The position numbers and the translations under genes were made by a program. From the NCBI GenBank assembly GCA_964465205.1, contig CAYXJO010000008.1, positions 2,164 to 66,163 of the forward strand: 64,000 bases of DNA. The letters are read 5' to 3'. The stretch is from an uncultured Gammaproteobacteria bacterium (GTDB lineage: Bacteria; Patescibacteriota; Patescibacteriia; Magasanikbacterales; GWA2-37-8). This document shows positions 28,768-39,676 of the stretch, in pieces; the stretch's first letter is position 1, and each line of letters starts with the position of its first letter. Below the pieces are notes generated by a model. The model saw nothing but the letters and a program-made list of their open reading frames with translations. It searched no databases and was not told where the DNA came from.

Positions 28768-29598
28768 ATGTATTTCGGCGCACATGTTTCGATTGCGGGC
28801 GGCATCCAAAATGCTCCGCTCAATGCGGCTGCAATTGGTTGCGAAGTTTTTCAATTTTTTACTCGCTCCCCACAAGGTGGTTGGGTGCCTCCGTGTGATG
28901 CGGATGTGGCGAAAATTTTTAAATTCAACTGTAAACAAACCAATCAAAAGGAATGGGTGGTACACACGCCTTATTTTATCAACTTTGCTTCGGCCAATCC
29001 GCGTATTTTCCACGCTTCTATTTCGGTGGTGCGTCAAGAACTAGACCGCGCCTCAATGCTGGGCGCAAAATATCTGATGACACATCTTGGTAGTTACAAA
29101 GATCTTGGCCACGATAGCGGACTGAAACAAGTTATTGCCGGACTTGCCGAAATGCTCAAGAATTACAAAGGCGAAACACAATTCCTCATAGAAATCTCTG
29201 CCGGTGCCGGAGAAATTATTGGTGATACATTTGAAGAAATTGCCGAAATTATTTTCGCGCCAAAATTAAAAAAATACGACATCGGCGTGTGTTATGACAC
29301 CCAACACGGATTCGCGAGTGGGTATGATGTGCGCACGCCCGCGGCGGTGGATACCACTTTCAAACAGTTTGATAAAACCATCGGGCTGGGTAAATTGAAA
29401 ATGTCACATTGCAATGATTCGCTCACCGAACTCGGATCGCGTAAAGATCGCCACACCGGTATCGGCGAAGGAAAAATCGGCCGAGCTGGATTTGAGGCGC
29501 TCATCAAAAATCCAAAATTAGAAAAAATAAATTGGTATCTGGAAACGCCAGATGATATGGCCAAAGATTTAAAAATTTTGAAAAAAATTCGGGGATAA
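28768..29598 (+). CDS. nfo: Endonuclease IV (AP endonuclease family 2)
   Basis: MYFGAHVSIAGG start, TIM-barrel AP-endonuclease-2 His/Asp/Glu ligand pattern. The length of 276 aa is typical of endonuclease IV. Confidence 0.8.
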   Translation: MYFGAHVSIAGGIQNAPLNAAAIGCEVFQFFTRSPQGGWVPPCDADVAKIFKFNCKQTNQKEWVVHTPYFINFASANPRIFHASISVVRQELDRASMLGAKYLMTHLGSYKDLGHDSGLKQVIAGLAEMLKNYKGETQFLIEISAGAGEIIGDTFEEIAEIIFAPKLKKYDIGVCYDTQHGFASGYDVRTPAAVDTTFKQFDKTIGLGKLKMSHCNDSLTELGSRKDRHTGIGEGKIGRAGFEALIKNPKLEKINWYLETPDDMAKDLKILKKIRG

Positions 29599-29599
29599 T

Positions 29600-29833
29600 A
29601 TGATAACGAAAGTTCGCGTTCTCCCACGCTCGTCGCGCAATGAAGTAGTTGGTGAAATGGCCGACGGCACTCTCAAAGTAAAACTCACCGCGCCACCGGT
29701 GGATGGCCGTGCCAACATAGCGCTGGTGGATCTGCTATCCAATTATTTTACGGTCAAAAAAATACATATAAAAATTATATCCGGCTTGACGAGCAAAAAT
29801 AAAATTGTAAAAATTGAGGAGCACCACACTTGA
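29600..29833 (+). CDS. YggU/DUF167 family protein
   Basis: LKVKLTAPPVDGRANIALVDLLSNYF...ISGLTSKNKIV matches the YggU pattern. Start overlaps the nfo stop. Confidence 0.75.
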   Translation: MITKVRVLPRSSRNEVVGEMADGTLKVKLTAPPVDGRANIALVDLLSNYFTVKKIHIKIISGLTSKNKIVKIEEHHT

Positions 29834-29897
29834 CACGCGTCCATACCAACCATAAAATACATACCAGTTACTTTCACCCTCAACCCGGGAGGCAAAC

Positions 29898-30311
29898 ATG
29901 CGCACCAAAACACGCGACAAAAGATCGGTATTAATGATTAAATTACTAAATCATTTGACCAGCAAAGGTGCCATGCTCAATATTACATCAACGCAAACAC
30001 GTAACTTTTTGGTTTCTCAACTTTATTATCACCAACAAATTCACGCTGACACAAAACCAGAAGAAGTGATTGCGCTATCAACACAAATACTGTGGGATAA
30101 CCAAATCAACCCGTTTTGTGTGTTTGACCGTGACAGGGGCATCTCGGAGTATCAGCCAGACATACTAATTTGGGATATTGTTACAAACCAACTAAGAGAA
30201 GCCGGGGTCACACCGGAGCGCATAACCGAGCTCCTCGCAGAGGGAAAACAGGTTTGGGATGAAGGCACCACAATCGATCAAATGTGTGGACGTAGAATAG
30301 ACGGTGCTTAG
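29898..30311 (+). CDS. Hypothetical protein (137 aa)
   Basis: SD GGGAGG upstream. Weak terminator-like hairpin downstream at about 30370-30410. Confidence 0.6.
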   Translation: MRTKTRDKRSVLMIKLLNHLTSKGAMLNITSTQTRNFLVSQLYYHQQIHADTKPEEVIALSTQILWDNQINPFCVFDRDRGISEYQPDILIWDIVTNQLREAGVTPERITELLAEGKQVWDEGTTIDQMCGRRIDGA

Positions 30312-30661
30312 GGCAAATCCACCCCACCCCTATTCCAGGGGTTACACCGCAACACCCTCCAAACGGCCTTTATGCCTCCGCGCATTAGGCCGTGTTTTTT
30401 TATAGATAAATACGAATATTCGCTACAACTAGGATAAAACCGGCAATACCCGTGCGGAAAACGATGCTTAAAAAAACCATGATCTGGCGAAATGGTTCTT
30501 TGATATAACCTAATCATCCACAAAACTGGATAGCGAAAATAATAAATTGGTGTTTTCATAATAAAACCGGATAAAATTTCTTTTAAGCGGGTTTGGGCCA
30601 TTAGGCTCACCTCGAGCCCTCGCGGGCGAGAAAATCGAAAAAGATGTTTTGTCCGGTTCAA
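30308..30661 (-). CDS. yidD: Membrane protein insertion efficiency factor YidD (alternative start at 30559 gives the canonical 83 aa)
   Basis: [10 protein letters not shown]...[15 protein letters not shown]...CNPW motifs. Immediately downstream of rnpA. Confidence 0.85.
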   Translation of the reverse strand: MNRTKHLFRFSRPRGLEVSLMAQTRLKEILSGFIMKTPIYYFRYPVLWMIRLYQRTISPDHGFFKHRFPHGYCRFYPSCSEYSYLSIKKHGLMRGGIKAVWRVLRCNPWNRGGVDLP

Positions 30662-30664
30662 ATA

Positions 30665-31057
30665 TTAGACCAAAGCTTTTATTTTCCGCAACAATGTTTC
30701 CACTTCTTGGCTAATTTCAGCGTAATTTTTGTCCTTAATACTTGGCTTTGGCACAAACATCAGAAAAAAACCACCTTGCAGACGACCGGCTTTGATTAGA
30801 AGCCTCACCACCTCACGTAACTGTCTACGCACTCGGTTGCGCACCACTGCGCGCTTATCCAACTTCAAACCCACAGAAAAGGCTAATTTCAGCTGTTTTT
30901 TAAAACTTTCTGGGTCATCTTTTTTGGGGAAAAACTGTTGATTTTTGGCCAAACTCAACCATTTGATGGTCAAAAAACTACCCCCAATCCATTGACCGTG
31001 GTTTACTATCAAGTCAAAGTCACGTTTTTTTCTTAATCGGTTGTCGTTTTGAAGCAT
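30665..31057 (-). CDS. rnpA: RNase P protein component
   Basis: Basic protein with RNRVRRQLRE motif, in the rpmH-rnpA-yidD synteny. Confidence 0.85.
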   Translation of the reverse strand: MLQNDNRLRKKRDFDLIVNHGQWIGGSFLTIKWLSLAKNQQFFPKKDDPESFKKQLKLAFSVGLKLDKRAVVRNRVRRQLREVVRLLIKAGRLQGGFFLMFVPKPSIKDKNYAEISQEVETLLRKIKALV

Positions 31058-31208
31058 ATGCCTCTATTATACCTTCGGTGAAATTACGTCGGGGTTCACA
31101 AATGAAAAATTTATTTTTCATTTGGCTCACCCCTAGTAATTATAGCACAAACCCGCCAAAAAAACTTCCTGGCGGGTTGTAAAAGTTTTGTTTTTTGGCT
31201 AAAACTGG

Positions 31209-31382
31209 CTATTTGCGCAGTCTCTTACCCTTTTTTTCATCAGACACAGTCAATTTCTTGCGTCCTTTGGAACGACGACGAGCCAACACGGCACGACCTT
31301 GCTTGGTGTGCATGCGGGCACGAAAGCCATGAGTGCGCGCGCGTTTTCTCTTTTTTGGTTGATAAGTTCGCTTAGTTGCCAT
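31209..31382 (-). CDS. rpmH: 50S ribosomal protein L34 (start at [12 protein letters not shown]; the track ORF begins at an upstream TTG)
   Basis: [24 protein letters not shown] is a near-consensus L34. Hairpins at 31095-31120 and 31160-31185 lie in the rpmH-rnpA spacer. Confidence 0.9.
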   Translation of the reverse strand: MATKRTYQPKKRKRARTHGFRARMHTKQGRAVLARRRSKGRKKLTVSDEKKGKRLRK

Positions 31383-31391
31383 ATATATCAA

Positions 31392-31593
31392 AATTATTGT
31401 TTAATAATCAAACGGAATATTACACCAGTCGTTCGAATTTGTCAACCACCTGTACTTATCCACAATCTCTCCACAGTTTGTTCACAAATCACTTTTTGTG
31501 GCCCATGGTCGCCGCAAAACACATGTGTTAGAATATCCATTGCTAATCTAAAATTAAATAAAAAACGAATTTATCTCTCCAGATAAAATCGAA
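31392..31593. promoter_or_regulatory. rpmH-dnaA divergent intergenic region with perfect DnaA box TTATCCACA (31446-31454) and weaker boxes
   Basis: Read directly. This is the classical location of a dnaA promoter/oriC part. Confidence 0.5.
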
Positions 31594-33000
31594 ATGCTTA
31601 TGACTAACCACGAAATTTGGCAAGCAGTGTTAGCCGAACTAGAACTCTCTATCTCCAAGGCGAGTTTTGTTACTTGGTTCAAAGACACTGGTATTGCTTC
31701 TTTTCAGGATGGGGTGGTGTTGGTTTGCGTCCCAAATCAATTCTATCTGTCTTGGATCCAACAAAAATATCACCAAATGATACTGAAATCTCTAGAACGT
31801 ATTAGTGGTAAGCCAATTAAAAAGCTGGAGTATAAAGTAGAAAACATAAAAAATATCTCTACCCAAGCCCCGGTGTTGTCACCTGTCACCACCGAACCAC
31901 AGTTGGAATCACAAACCGAATCATTACCGGTGTCAGCTTACAATCAGTCTGTCCAAAGAAATTGTGGCGGCTTCACTCTCAACTCAAAATATACTTTTGG
32001 TAGTTTTGTGGTGGGCAAAGGATCAGAGTTGGCTTTTGCCGCCGCCCAAGCAGTCGTCAACAAGCCGGGAGAGGCCTACAACCCACTATTTATTTATGGT
32101 GGTGTGGGTTTGGGAAAAACCCACCTACTCCAAGCTATTGGTAATGAACTACTCAACCGCAACCCCAATACAACCATAATGTATGTCAGTGCCGAAAGGT
32201 TCTCGAATGATTTTATCACCTCAATCAAAGACGGTACGGCCAAAGAATTTCAAAACCGCTATCGTAACATTGACCTACTATTAATAGACGACATTCAATT
32301 TATCGCGGGCAAAGACCGCTCCCAAGAATCATTTTTCCACACCTTCAATGAGCTACACCAAGCCAACAAACAAGTAATTCTTACTTCCGACCGCCCACCC
32401 AAAGCCATTCCGGCATTGGAAGATCGTCTCAAATCTCGTTTTGAGTGGGGCATGATTGTGGATGTGGCACCACCAGATTACGAAACCAGAGTGGCTATTT
32501 TACAAAAAAAATGCGCAGAAAAAGGTTTCAACTTGGAACAAAAATCCATTGAAGCCATAGCTAGCGCGGTACAGACAAACATCCGTGAGCTCGAAGGTTC
32601 ACTCAACAAGATAATTGCCTACCATCAGTTGAAAAACATTGGTCCGACCCCAGAAACAATTAAATCTCTATTATCCAGCGCCGAATCTGCCGGCATGAAA
32701 CACTCGGTTACACCCAAACAACTAATTGACGCGGTTAGTGATTTCTACAGCATTGCCGCCGACGACATCTTGGGCAAAAGCCGTGAGAAAAAATTGTCTG
32801 CTCCACGCCAAATTATTATGTACCTCATGCGTGAAGATCTAAAAATGTCTTATCCGGCCATTGGCGAAGAGTTGGGCGGCCGTGACCACACCACCGCTAT
32901 GCACGCTCACACCAAGGTACGTAGTGATATCGAAAACGATCCTAAGCTCCGTCAAGAAATCGATAATATCAAACAAAAATTATATATTAACAATGTATAG
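31594..33000 (+). CDS. dnaA: Chromosomal replication initiator DnaA
   Basis: AAA+ Walker A GGVGLGKTHL, Walker B LLLIDDIQF, C-terminal HTH ...AIGEELGGRDHTTAMHA. Confidence 0.95.
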   Translation: MLMTNHEIWQAVLAELELSISKASFVTWFKDTGIASFQDGVVLVCVPNQFYLSWIQQKYHQMILKSLERISGKPIKKLEYKVENIKNISTQAPVLSPVTTEPQLESQTESLPVSAYNQSVQRNCGGFTLNSKYTFGSFVVGKGSELAFAAAQAVVNKPGEAYNPLFIYGGVGLGKTHLLQAIGNELLNRNPNTTIMYVSAERFSNDFITSIKDGTAKEFQNRYRNIDLLLIDDIQFIAGKDRSQESFFHTFNELHQANKQVILTSDRPPKAIPALEDRLKSRFEWGMIVDVAPPDYETRVAILQKKCAEKGFNLEQKSIEAIASAVQTNIRELEGSLNKIIAYHQLKNIGPTPETIKSLLSSAESAGMKHSVTPKQLIDAVSDFYSIAADDILGKSREKKLSAPRQIIMYLMREDLKMSYPAIGEELGGRDHTTAMHAHTKVRSDIENDPKLRQEIDNIKQKLYINNV

Positions 33001-33288
33001 ATTAAATAAATTTTGTTGATAGACTGTTGATAAACATCTCGACGCTTGTGAATAAAGTAAAAAAATTGTCCACAAATAATCCCCAAAACAGAAAAGATAT
33101 ACACAACCAAAGTTCGTTGCTCGGAGTTTTCCCCACCTCTGCCACTTGCGCCCCCATAGTCTATCAACACCAAAAAAATGTTTTCTACCCCGAATTCATT
33201 AAACAAAAAACACTTGTCCCCTCTGTCCACACCCCTTATTGTTACTAATCTATTTATATATAAATATATAACGATATAATAAGACACT
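33001..33288. promoter_or_regulatory. dnaA-dnaN intergenic: AT-rich stretch with DnaA-box-like TTGTCCACA (about 33066) and TGTCCACA (about 33224); candidate DUE ATTTATATATAAATATATAA
   Basis: Read directly. Alternative oriC location. Confidence 0.4.
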
Positions 33289-34410
33289 ATGAAATTCTCA
33301 TGCACAAAGGAGAAATTGGCTAAAGCCCTCTCCCTTACAATTGGGGTGGCAAACAAAAGTGTGAACTTACCAATTTTGGGTAATGTACTAATCCGAGCCG
33401 AAATTCAAAAAGTTGAAATTGTCGCCAACAATTTAGAGATGGCTATCATTGCCAATCTTCCGGCCAAAACCGAAACCGCCGGATCGTTTACTGTCCCGGC
33501 CCGCACCCTCGCGGACTTTGTAGCCCTCCTACCAGATGAAAAAATTGAGATAGAGTTAAAAGAAAACGAACTTGCTGTCACCTGTGGTAAATCATCGACC
33601 AAAATTAAAGGGTCACCAGCCGAAGAATTTCCAATGGTGCCAAAACTAGAAGAAGGTAAAGGTTTTACTATCAAAACCGACGATTTTAAAAGAGGTTTGT
33701 CACAAGTTTTGCCGGCAGTAGCCCGCAACGACATCCGCCCCGAATTATCCGGCATTTGTTTTAATTTTAACAGCGAGTATTTTGCTGGTTTGGTCATGGC
33801 CGCCACCGACAGCTATCGCTTAGCAGAAAAACGTATCAAATTGTCCCAGGGCGCAGAACAAGTGCGCATCATAGTGCCCGGGCGTACCGCGCAAGAAATA
33901 GGGCATGTTTTGGCCCAAGCAGATGGTGACCAGAGTGAGGGTGTGCGTGTGTTAATCGGTGAAAACCAAGTTGCGGTAAATTATGACAGCGTTCAACTTG
34001 TTTCTCGTTTGGTGGACGGTCAATATCCGGACTATACCCAAATTATTCCCAAAGACTTCAAAACCACCGCAGTGTTCCCAACTAACAACATGATGAAAGA
34101 AATAAAAGCCGCTAGTTTGTTTACGACCAGCGGTGTGAACGCGGTATCGTTGGATTTGAATGTTTCACAGGGCACCTTGGGGGTGTCATCCACCTCCACC
34201 CAAACCGGTGAGTACACATCAGAGATTAACGCCGAGCTTACTGGCGAAGAAAATTCTATTCTACTCAACCACCGCTATGTGATTGATGGTCTCAACAATA
34301 TCACTACCGACATTACCACCCTCAAAGTAATCAATGGCGATAGTCCGTGTTTGTTTGCTCCACAAGGAGATGAAACATATTTGTATATTGTCATGCCCAT
34401 CAGACAATAA
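33289..34410 (+). CDS. dnaN: DNA polymerase III beta sliding clamp
   Basis: Three-domain clamp, typical N-terminus MKFSCTKEKLAKAL. Follows dnaA. Confidence 0.9.
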   Translation: MKFSCTKEKLAKALSLTIGVANKSVNLPILGNVLIRAEIQKVEIVANNLEMAIIANLPAKTETAGSFTVPARTLADFVALLPDEKIEIELKENELAVTCGKSSTKIKGSPAEEFPMVPKLEEGKGFTIKTDDFKRGLSQVLPAVARNDIRPELSGICFNFNSEYFAGLVMAATDSYRLAEKRIKLSQGAEQVRIIVPGRTAQEIGHVLAQADGDQSEGVRVLIGENQVAVNYDSVQLVSRLVDGQYPDYTQIIPKDFKTTAVFPTNNMMKEIKAASLFTTSGVNAVSLDLNVSQGTLGVSSTSTQTGEYTSEINAELTGEENSILLNHRYVIDGLNNITTDITTLKVINGDSPCLFAPQGDETYLYIVMPIRQ

Positions 34411-34421
34411 TTTTGTATAAT

Positions 34422-34449
34422 TAAAAAACACCTTGCGAGGTGTTTTTTA
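34422..34449. terminator. Bidirectional terminator between dnaN and the PBP gene (CACCT-tgcg-AGGTG flanked by A/T runs)
   Basis: Read directly. Confidence 0.7.
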
Positions 34450-34461
34450 ATTGGTTGTATT

Positions 34462-37323
34462 TTATTTTACCACCACTTCCATGGTGCGCTCGCTTGTGCC
34501 GCCAGACTTTCCGGTTGTTATTGTTTTGAGTGTGTATGTCCCCGCACCCGGATAGTTTTTCCAGATAAAATTTAGTTTTCCGTTTTCGTCCAATTTTTCA
34601 TCTTGTGGTCGGAAGGTATAAATTAGTTTGTTGACCCCACTGCCGATTAAAAACACTTTGATATCTTTGCAGTCCAAATAGCGATACGGCGTAATGTACA
34701 TAGTACGCGGGAAATCATTTTTAGTGATACTTATCATCATACCATCTGCCCAATCAGCACTGGCCGCGTCGTCTGGTACATCAAAGTTTATTTTAATACT
34801 GGCTTCACCGCGTATTCCTTGTTCGTCTTCGGCTTGCGCCAACAAAACATGTTCGCCGCGGTGAAAATTGTTGGCAACCACACTCAAATCAAATGGGTAA
34901 GCGGCGGATACGCCTATGCTTTTTCCATCCAAATAATAATACACCTTTGATATTCCGCGTGGAGCAGTAGCACGCACCGAAATATCCAATTGTTTGGAGT
35001 TTAATTTTATACCATCGGTAGGCGACACAAACTCTACTTGTGGAATTTGTTCTGAAGAAAAAGTAGAGTCATCCAACGCCGCGGGAGGCTCCTGTAGGGA
35101 CATTATGTGTCCGGCCAGGTTCAACCGCGCCACCCAGCTTTTTAAAGCTGTCTCCCAGTTGTCGTATTGCGGATCGTCTGATGGGTTGGTTGGCATCTCT
35201 CCTCTGGGGTCACTACGTTTCACATAAAAAAGAATATCATGAGGCGGTAAATATGTTCGTTCTTCTTGTACCCCAGGTGGAGTGGACGAAGTGGCGATTT
35301 TTCCGTTTAATTTGTTGATCATTAGTTTTATGCCACCATCAGATCCACGCAGTACCGGTTTGGTGGCGTCGTTGGCTGGTGGGGTAGGAAACTGTTCAGC
35401 CTGTGTGCCTTTGAGTGATTCACTCATAAAACGATTCCAGATTTTGCCAGCCAATGTGTTGCCACCACCTTTCATAGGAGCGGGGTTGGTGTTGCCCACC
35501 CACACACCCGCAGCTAGTGATGGTGTGTATCCCATGGTCCAAGCATCCTTGTTGTTGTTGGTGGTACCGGTTTTGGCGGCTACTGGTCTATCTGACAGTG
35601 CCAGAGTACTACCCCGCCCGAAAATATAGGCGCGAGCGGCATCGTCGGACAAAACATTACTAATAGTGGCCGCGAGCTCTGGTTTGATGGCCTCCGTACC
35701 ATCGCCGGGCTTCCATTCGTACAACACATCGTTGGTAGAGTTGGTTACTTTTAAAAGCGACACTGGTTCGTGGTATAAACCATTATTGGCTAAGGTCGCA
35801 TAAGCATTGGTGTGTTCGAGCAAGTTTACTTCCGAACCACCCAACACCATACTTAGTCCGGCATCTTCTTTTAGAGTGGTGTAACCAAATCTTTTGGCAA
35901 AATCAATTGTTTCTTTTACGCCGACCAGATACAGTGCTTTCACAGCTGGAATGTTGAGTGAACCTTGTAAGGCGGTGCGAATAGTTACTAAACCACGTTC
36001 TTTGCCATCATAATTTTTGGGAGTGTAATCTCCGCCGGCACGCATATCAAAGTTAGTGGTGACATCATATAATACTGTTTCGGGTGTATAGCCTTTTTCA
36101 AAAGCGGCGGTGTAAACAAAGGGTTTGAATGATGACCCGGGCTGGCGCAAACCAAGCACCGCAACATTGAATTGGCCATCAATTTCATCGTTATTGAAGT
36201 CGCGTGAACCCACCATAGAAAGTACCTGGGCAGTTTTGGGGTCAATGGCTACCAATGCCGCATTGTTGGCATTCGCTTCTTTGGCGAACTTGTCTCCCAG
36301 TTCTTTCACTGCTGTCTCAGCAATTTTTTGTTTGTCATAATCCAAAGTGGTGATCACTTTTAGTCCACCAGTATCAATGGTTTTTTCACCAAATTGATCA
36401 GCCAGCAATTGTTTCACATACAAAACAAAGTGCGGTGCGTCCATAATTCCACCACTACGATAAATACGCAAGGCTTCGTTTTGGGCGGTGGTTTTTTCGT
36501 CCACCGTGATGATGCCTTGGTTGGCCATGAGGGCGAGAACAGTGTCGCGACGCATTCGTAGGGTATCCAAATTGTTTAGATACCTGGTTGGAGCCTGAAT
36601 TAAGGCGGCGAGAGCGGCCGACTCACCCAAACTTAGATCCTTGGCGTTTTTATGAAAATAACTTTGTGCCGCCGCTTCTACACCGTAGTTGGTTGATCCG
36701 TATGGCACCTCATTCAAATACATTTTTAAAATATCGTCTTTGGTGTATTTTTTTTCGAGACGCAACGCCAAAATCGCTTCTTTGATTTTGCGGAAATAGC
36801 TATGCTCGTCACCGATGATGGTGTTCTTGATGAGCTGTTGGGTAATAGTCGAGGCGCCACCGCCCCCCGATCGTCTGCCCAAAATATTATTGATACCTGC
36901 ACGTAAAATACTGAGCGGGCTCACTCCTTTGTGATTATAGAAATTTTTATCTTCTATTGCCACTACAGCCTTGGGGACCCATGGTGACATTTGGTCTAGA
37001 CCAATTAGTGTGCGTTTTTTGTCTTGATAAATTTCGTAAAGTAAGTGAGTACCAGTACGATCGTAAATTTTGGTACTTTGAGCCACCTGTCGGTCCACTA
37101 GTTTATTTGGGTCGGGTAAGTCGCGACTAATGAGTGCTACTGCGATTGTTCCACCCACAAAACCGGTCGCACCCAACGCTAAAAGTGTCAGGATTATCGG
37201 CTTGACCCAACTTCTTTTGAATTTGAAACGAAAACGCGGCCGGTGTGGGCGCGGTGGAGTGGGGTGTTGCTCCGGGTTGTGGTCAATTTTACCGTACGTA
37301 CGAGATAGATGTGGTATGGGCAT
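34462..37323 (-). CDS. Class A penicillin-binding protein (transglycosylase + transpeptidase) with about 250-aa C-terminal extension
   Basis: N-terminal TM. GT51 motifs EDKNFYNHKG and RKIKE. TPase motifs SGSSFKP, SLN and KTGTT. Confidence 0.9.
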   Translation of the reverse strand: MPIPHLSRTYGKIDHNPEQHPTPPRPHRPRFRFKFKRSWVKPIILTLLALGATGFVGGTIAVALISRDLPDPNKLVDRQVAQSTKIYDRTGTHLLYEIYQDKKRTLIGLDQMSPWVPKAVVAIEDKNFYNHKGVSPLSILRAGINNILGRRSGGGGASTITQQLIKNTIIGDEHSYFRKIKEAILALRLEKKYTKDDILKMYLNEVPYGSTNYGVEAAAQSYFHKNAKDLSLGESAALAALIQAPTRYLNNLDTLRMRRDTVLALMANQGIITVDEKTTAQNEALRIYRSGGIMDAPHFVLYVKQLLADQFGEKTIDTGGLKVITTLDYDKQKIAETAVKELGDKFAKEANANNAALVAIDPKTAQVLSMVGSRDFNNDEIDGQFNVAVLGLRQPGSSFKPFVYTAAFEKGYTPETVLYDVTTNFDMRAGGDYTPKNYDGKERGLVTIRTALQGSLNIPAVKALYLVGVKETIDFAKRFGYTTLKEDAGLSMVLGGSEVNLLEHTNAYATLANNGLYHEPVSLLKVTNSTNDVLYEWKPGDGTEAIKPELAATISNVLSDDAARAYIFGRGSTLALSDRPVAAKTGTTNNNKDAWTMGYTPSLAAGVWVGNTNPAPMKGGGNTLAGKIWNRFMSESLKGTQAEQFPTPPANDATKPVLRGSDGGIKLMINKLNGKIATSSTPPGVQEERTYLPPHDILFYVKRSDPRGEMPTNPSDDPQYDNWETALKSWVARLNLAGHIMSLQEPPAALDDSTFSSEQIPQVEFVSPTDGIKLNSKQLDISVRATAPRGISKVYYYLDGKSIGVSAAYPFDLSVVANNFHRGEHVLLAQAEDEQGIRGEASIKINFDVPDDAASADWADGMMISITKNDFPRTMYITPYRYLDCKDIKVFLIGSGVNKLIYTFRPQDEKLDENGKLNFIWKNYPGAGTYTLKTITTGKSGGTSERTMEVVVK

Positions 37324-37445
37324 ATGTTTGTGTCAGTATTATACCTCAACTTTTTATACTTGACAAAAATACCATTTTGTGGTATCCTATTGTGTTATAA
37401 AGCGAGAGTATCTTGTAATAAGGTACTCTTTTAAATTAACCCATT

Positions 37446-38015
37446 ATGCGCTTTGTTAAGCCAAAATTAGACCAAAAAATTATGAAGAAAACCTTACAAA
37501 TTATCGCCTTTTTGGCTGTAATTAGCCAAATGCTTGTGCCCTTCGGGGCTTGGGCAGCTGGTGATAGTGTTTTGGCTACTATTAGCCAAAATGAGCCTCA
37601 CTATGATGATTTGACACTAAAAGAGGCCCCGGGAGGCCGCTTGGTGATGCCGCACATGGCTGTGGCCAACGCCGATCAACCGGACCGTGTGGTAAAAGCG
37701 GTTATTACCGCCTATACTTCTACGCCGGATCAGACTGATGACAGTCCGGACATCGCGGCTTGGGGTGACCACGTGTATGATGGTATGATTGCCGCCAACT
37801 GGTTGCCACGTGGTACTAAAGTGAAGATTCCGTCTTTGTTTGGTGATAAAATCTTTACCGTGGCCGACCGCATGAACCCTCGTTATGGTTTTGGTCGTAT
37901 CGACATTTGGTTTGATGCCACTAAATCCGAAGCCCGCAAGTTCGGTGTAAAACGTGCTGATCTGGAAATCTATTACCCAGAAAAGCCGAATACAGAATTG
38001 GCGATGGCTAAATAA
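37446..38015 (+). CDS. 3D-domain (MltA/YuiC-like) secreted protein
   Basis: Signal peptide, then the AYTS...DDSP...G...VAAD 3D-domain pattern. Start may be the MKKTLQIIAFL Met at about 37482. Confidence 0.7.
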   Translation: MRFVKPKLDQKIMKKTLQIIAFLAVISQMLVPFGAWAAGDSVLATISQNEPHYDDLTLKEAPGGRLVMPHMAVANADQPDRVVKAVITAYTSTPDQTDDSPDIAAWGDHVYDGMIAANWLPRGTKVKIPSLFGDKIFTVADRMNPRYGFGRIDIWFDATKSEARKFGVKRADLEIYYPEKPNTELAMAK

Positions 38016-38030
38016 TACTATAAATAAAAC

Positions 38031-38064
38031 AAAAACACCCTGGCTCAAGTCGGGGTGTTTTTAA
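38031..38064. terminator. Bidirectional terminator (ACACCC-tggctcaagtc-GGGTGT + T-run)
   Basis: Read directly. Confidence 0.65.
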
Positions 38065-38071
38065 TTGGGCT

Positions 38072-39580
38072 TTATTCCTTCCCCCGATATTGTATCGCCT
38101 CGGCAACATGCGTGAGCGCGATATTTTCTTCACCAGCGAGATCGGCAATGGTACGTGCCACTTTTAATATACGATGATACGCACGTGCGGATAGGTGCAT
38201 TTGGGCGACGGCGTTACGCATTAGTTCCATTGAGGCAGCATCCAGTTTACAAAATTCTTTCATTTGCGCATTACCCATTTCACTGTTCGTAAAAATATTG
38301 TGCTCAACAAAACGACGTGATTGTATGGCGCGCGCTTCTTCTACGCGTGTGCGGATTTTTTCGGACGATTCCGCCAGTTCGGTCGCTGATAATTTTTCGA
38401 ATTCCACGCGCGGCACTTCGACATGCAGGTCAATCCGGTCGAGCAGGGGTCCGCTAATTTTTTTCTGATAACGTAAAATTTGTTGCATGGTACAGATACA
38501 TTGTTTGTCGCTGTCGCCACTGAATCCGCACGGGCATGGATTTTGTGAGACCACCAGAATGAAGCGTGCCGGGAAGGTGGTGTTACCGCTCGCGCGTGCC
38601 ACGTTCACAATACCATCCTCGAGCGGTTGGCGCAGCGCTTCGACTACGAAACGAGAAAATTCCGGGAACTCGTCTAAGAACAATACGCCGCGGTGCGCCA
38701 AAGAAATTTCACCTGGTCGGGGGATGCGACCACCTCCAACCAGCGCCGCCGCGCTACCAGTGTGGTGCGGTGCACGAAATGGTCGCGTGCGGAATAGACT
38801 GTTTTGCAATAATCCAGCCACAGAATAAATTTTGGTTACTTCCAATATTTCTTCAGTACTAAGTGGTGGCAGAATCGAAGGCAGGGTGCGCGCGAGTAGT
38901 GTCTTGCCAGATCCGGGCGGTCCGGACATGGCGATATTGTGTCCGCCAGCCGCCGCTATTTCAAGTGCGCGTTTGGCAAATTCTTGGCCCTTGATCATAC
39001 CCATGTCCAAATCATAGCTGGGGTCGACAGTATCATTAGTAGTGGGTTTTATGTGAGGTGTTATGAGAGCAACTCCGGCTAGATGAGCCATGATTTGTTT
39101 TAGACTCTCCACTGGATAAATATTTAGTCCAGTGATCAGCGCTGCTTCGTCGGCGTTCGCGCTAGGTACAAAGATTTCTTTTAGCCCTCTTTTTTTAGCG
39201 AAGATTGCAAGCGAAAGAACCCCATTCACTCGGCGTACGCTTCCATCAAGTGCTAATTCGCCAATTATTAGCGCGCGGTCTATGTGTATGTCTAAGTGAT
39301 TGCTAGCTGCGATTAGCCCCACCGCCATGGGCAGATCATAAATTGGTCCTTCTTTATGTAAATCAGCTGGCGCCAGATTGATCAAAATTCGGAAATTGAA
39401 TGGATAATCAAAACCCGAATTCTTGAGCGCACTGTGAATGCGGTCGCGTGCTTCTTGAATAGCTGTATCAGCTAGACCGACCACATTGAAGGCGGTCTGT
39501 CCGCGATTTACATCCACTTCAACATCGACCGGAACACAATCGAGGCCGACTGGGGCGGCGGAGTTTAGTTTAAAAAACAT
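38072..39580 (-). CDS. comM: Mg-chelatase-like AAA+ protein YifB/ComM
   Basis: Walker A MSGPPGSGKT, sensor motifs, and the C-terminal Mg_chelatase_C region. Confidence 0.85.
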   Translation of the reverse strand: MFFKLNSAAPVGLDCVPVDVEVDVNRGQTAFNVVGLADTAIQEARDRIHSALKNSGFDYPFNFRILINLAPADLHKEGPIYDLPMAVGLIAASNHLDIHIDRALIIGELALDGSVRRVNGVLSLAIFAKKRGLKEIFVPSANADEAALITGLNIYPVESLKQIMAHLAGVALITPHIKPTTNDTVDPSYDLDMGMIKGQEFAKRALEIAAAGGHNIAMSGPPGSGKTLLARTLPSILPPLSTEEILEVTKIYSVAGLLQNSLFRTRPFRAPHHTGSAAALVGGGRIPRPGEISLAHRGVLFLDEFPEFSRFVVEALRQPLEDGIVNVARASGNTTFPARFILVVSQNPCPCGFSGDSDKQCICTMQQILRYQKKISGPLLDRIDLHVEVPRVEFEKLSATELAESSEKIRTRVEEARAIQSRRFVEHNIFTNSEMGNAQMKEFCKLDAASMELMRNAVAQMHLSARAYHRILKVARTIADLAGEENIALTHVAEAIQYRGKE

Positions 39581-39676
39581 AAATCATCAAGTGATAATGA
39601 GCATTGGGAACAGAAGGGGTTTTTTGAGACGAAGTGATGAAGGATCTAGAAGGTATCCGTCGTGTCTAGGGTCGAA

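Noticed and set aside
28784-29044. Overlapping ORFs inside nfo (28784-29044 +, 28762-29037 -)
   Set aside because: They are alternative-frame or antisense artefacts within a well-supported gene.
31299-31586. 95-aa plus ORF across the rpmH/dnaA spacer
   Set aside because: It overlaps rpmH antisense and the DnaA-box promoter region and has no SD.
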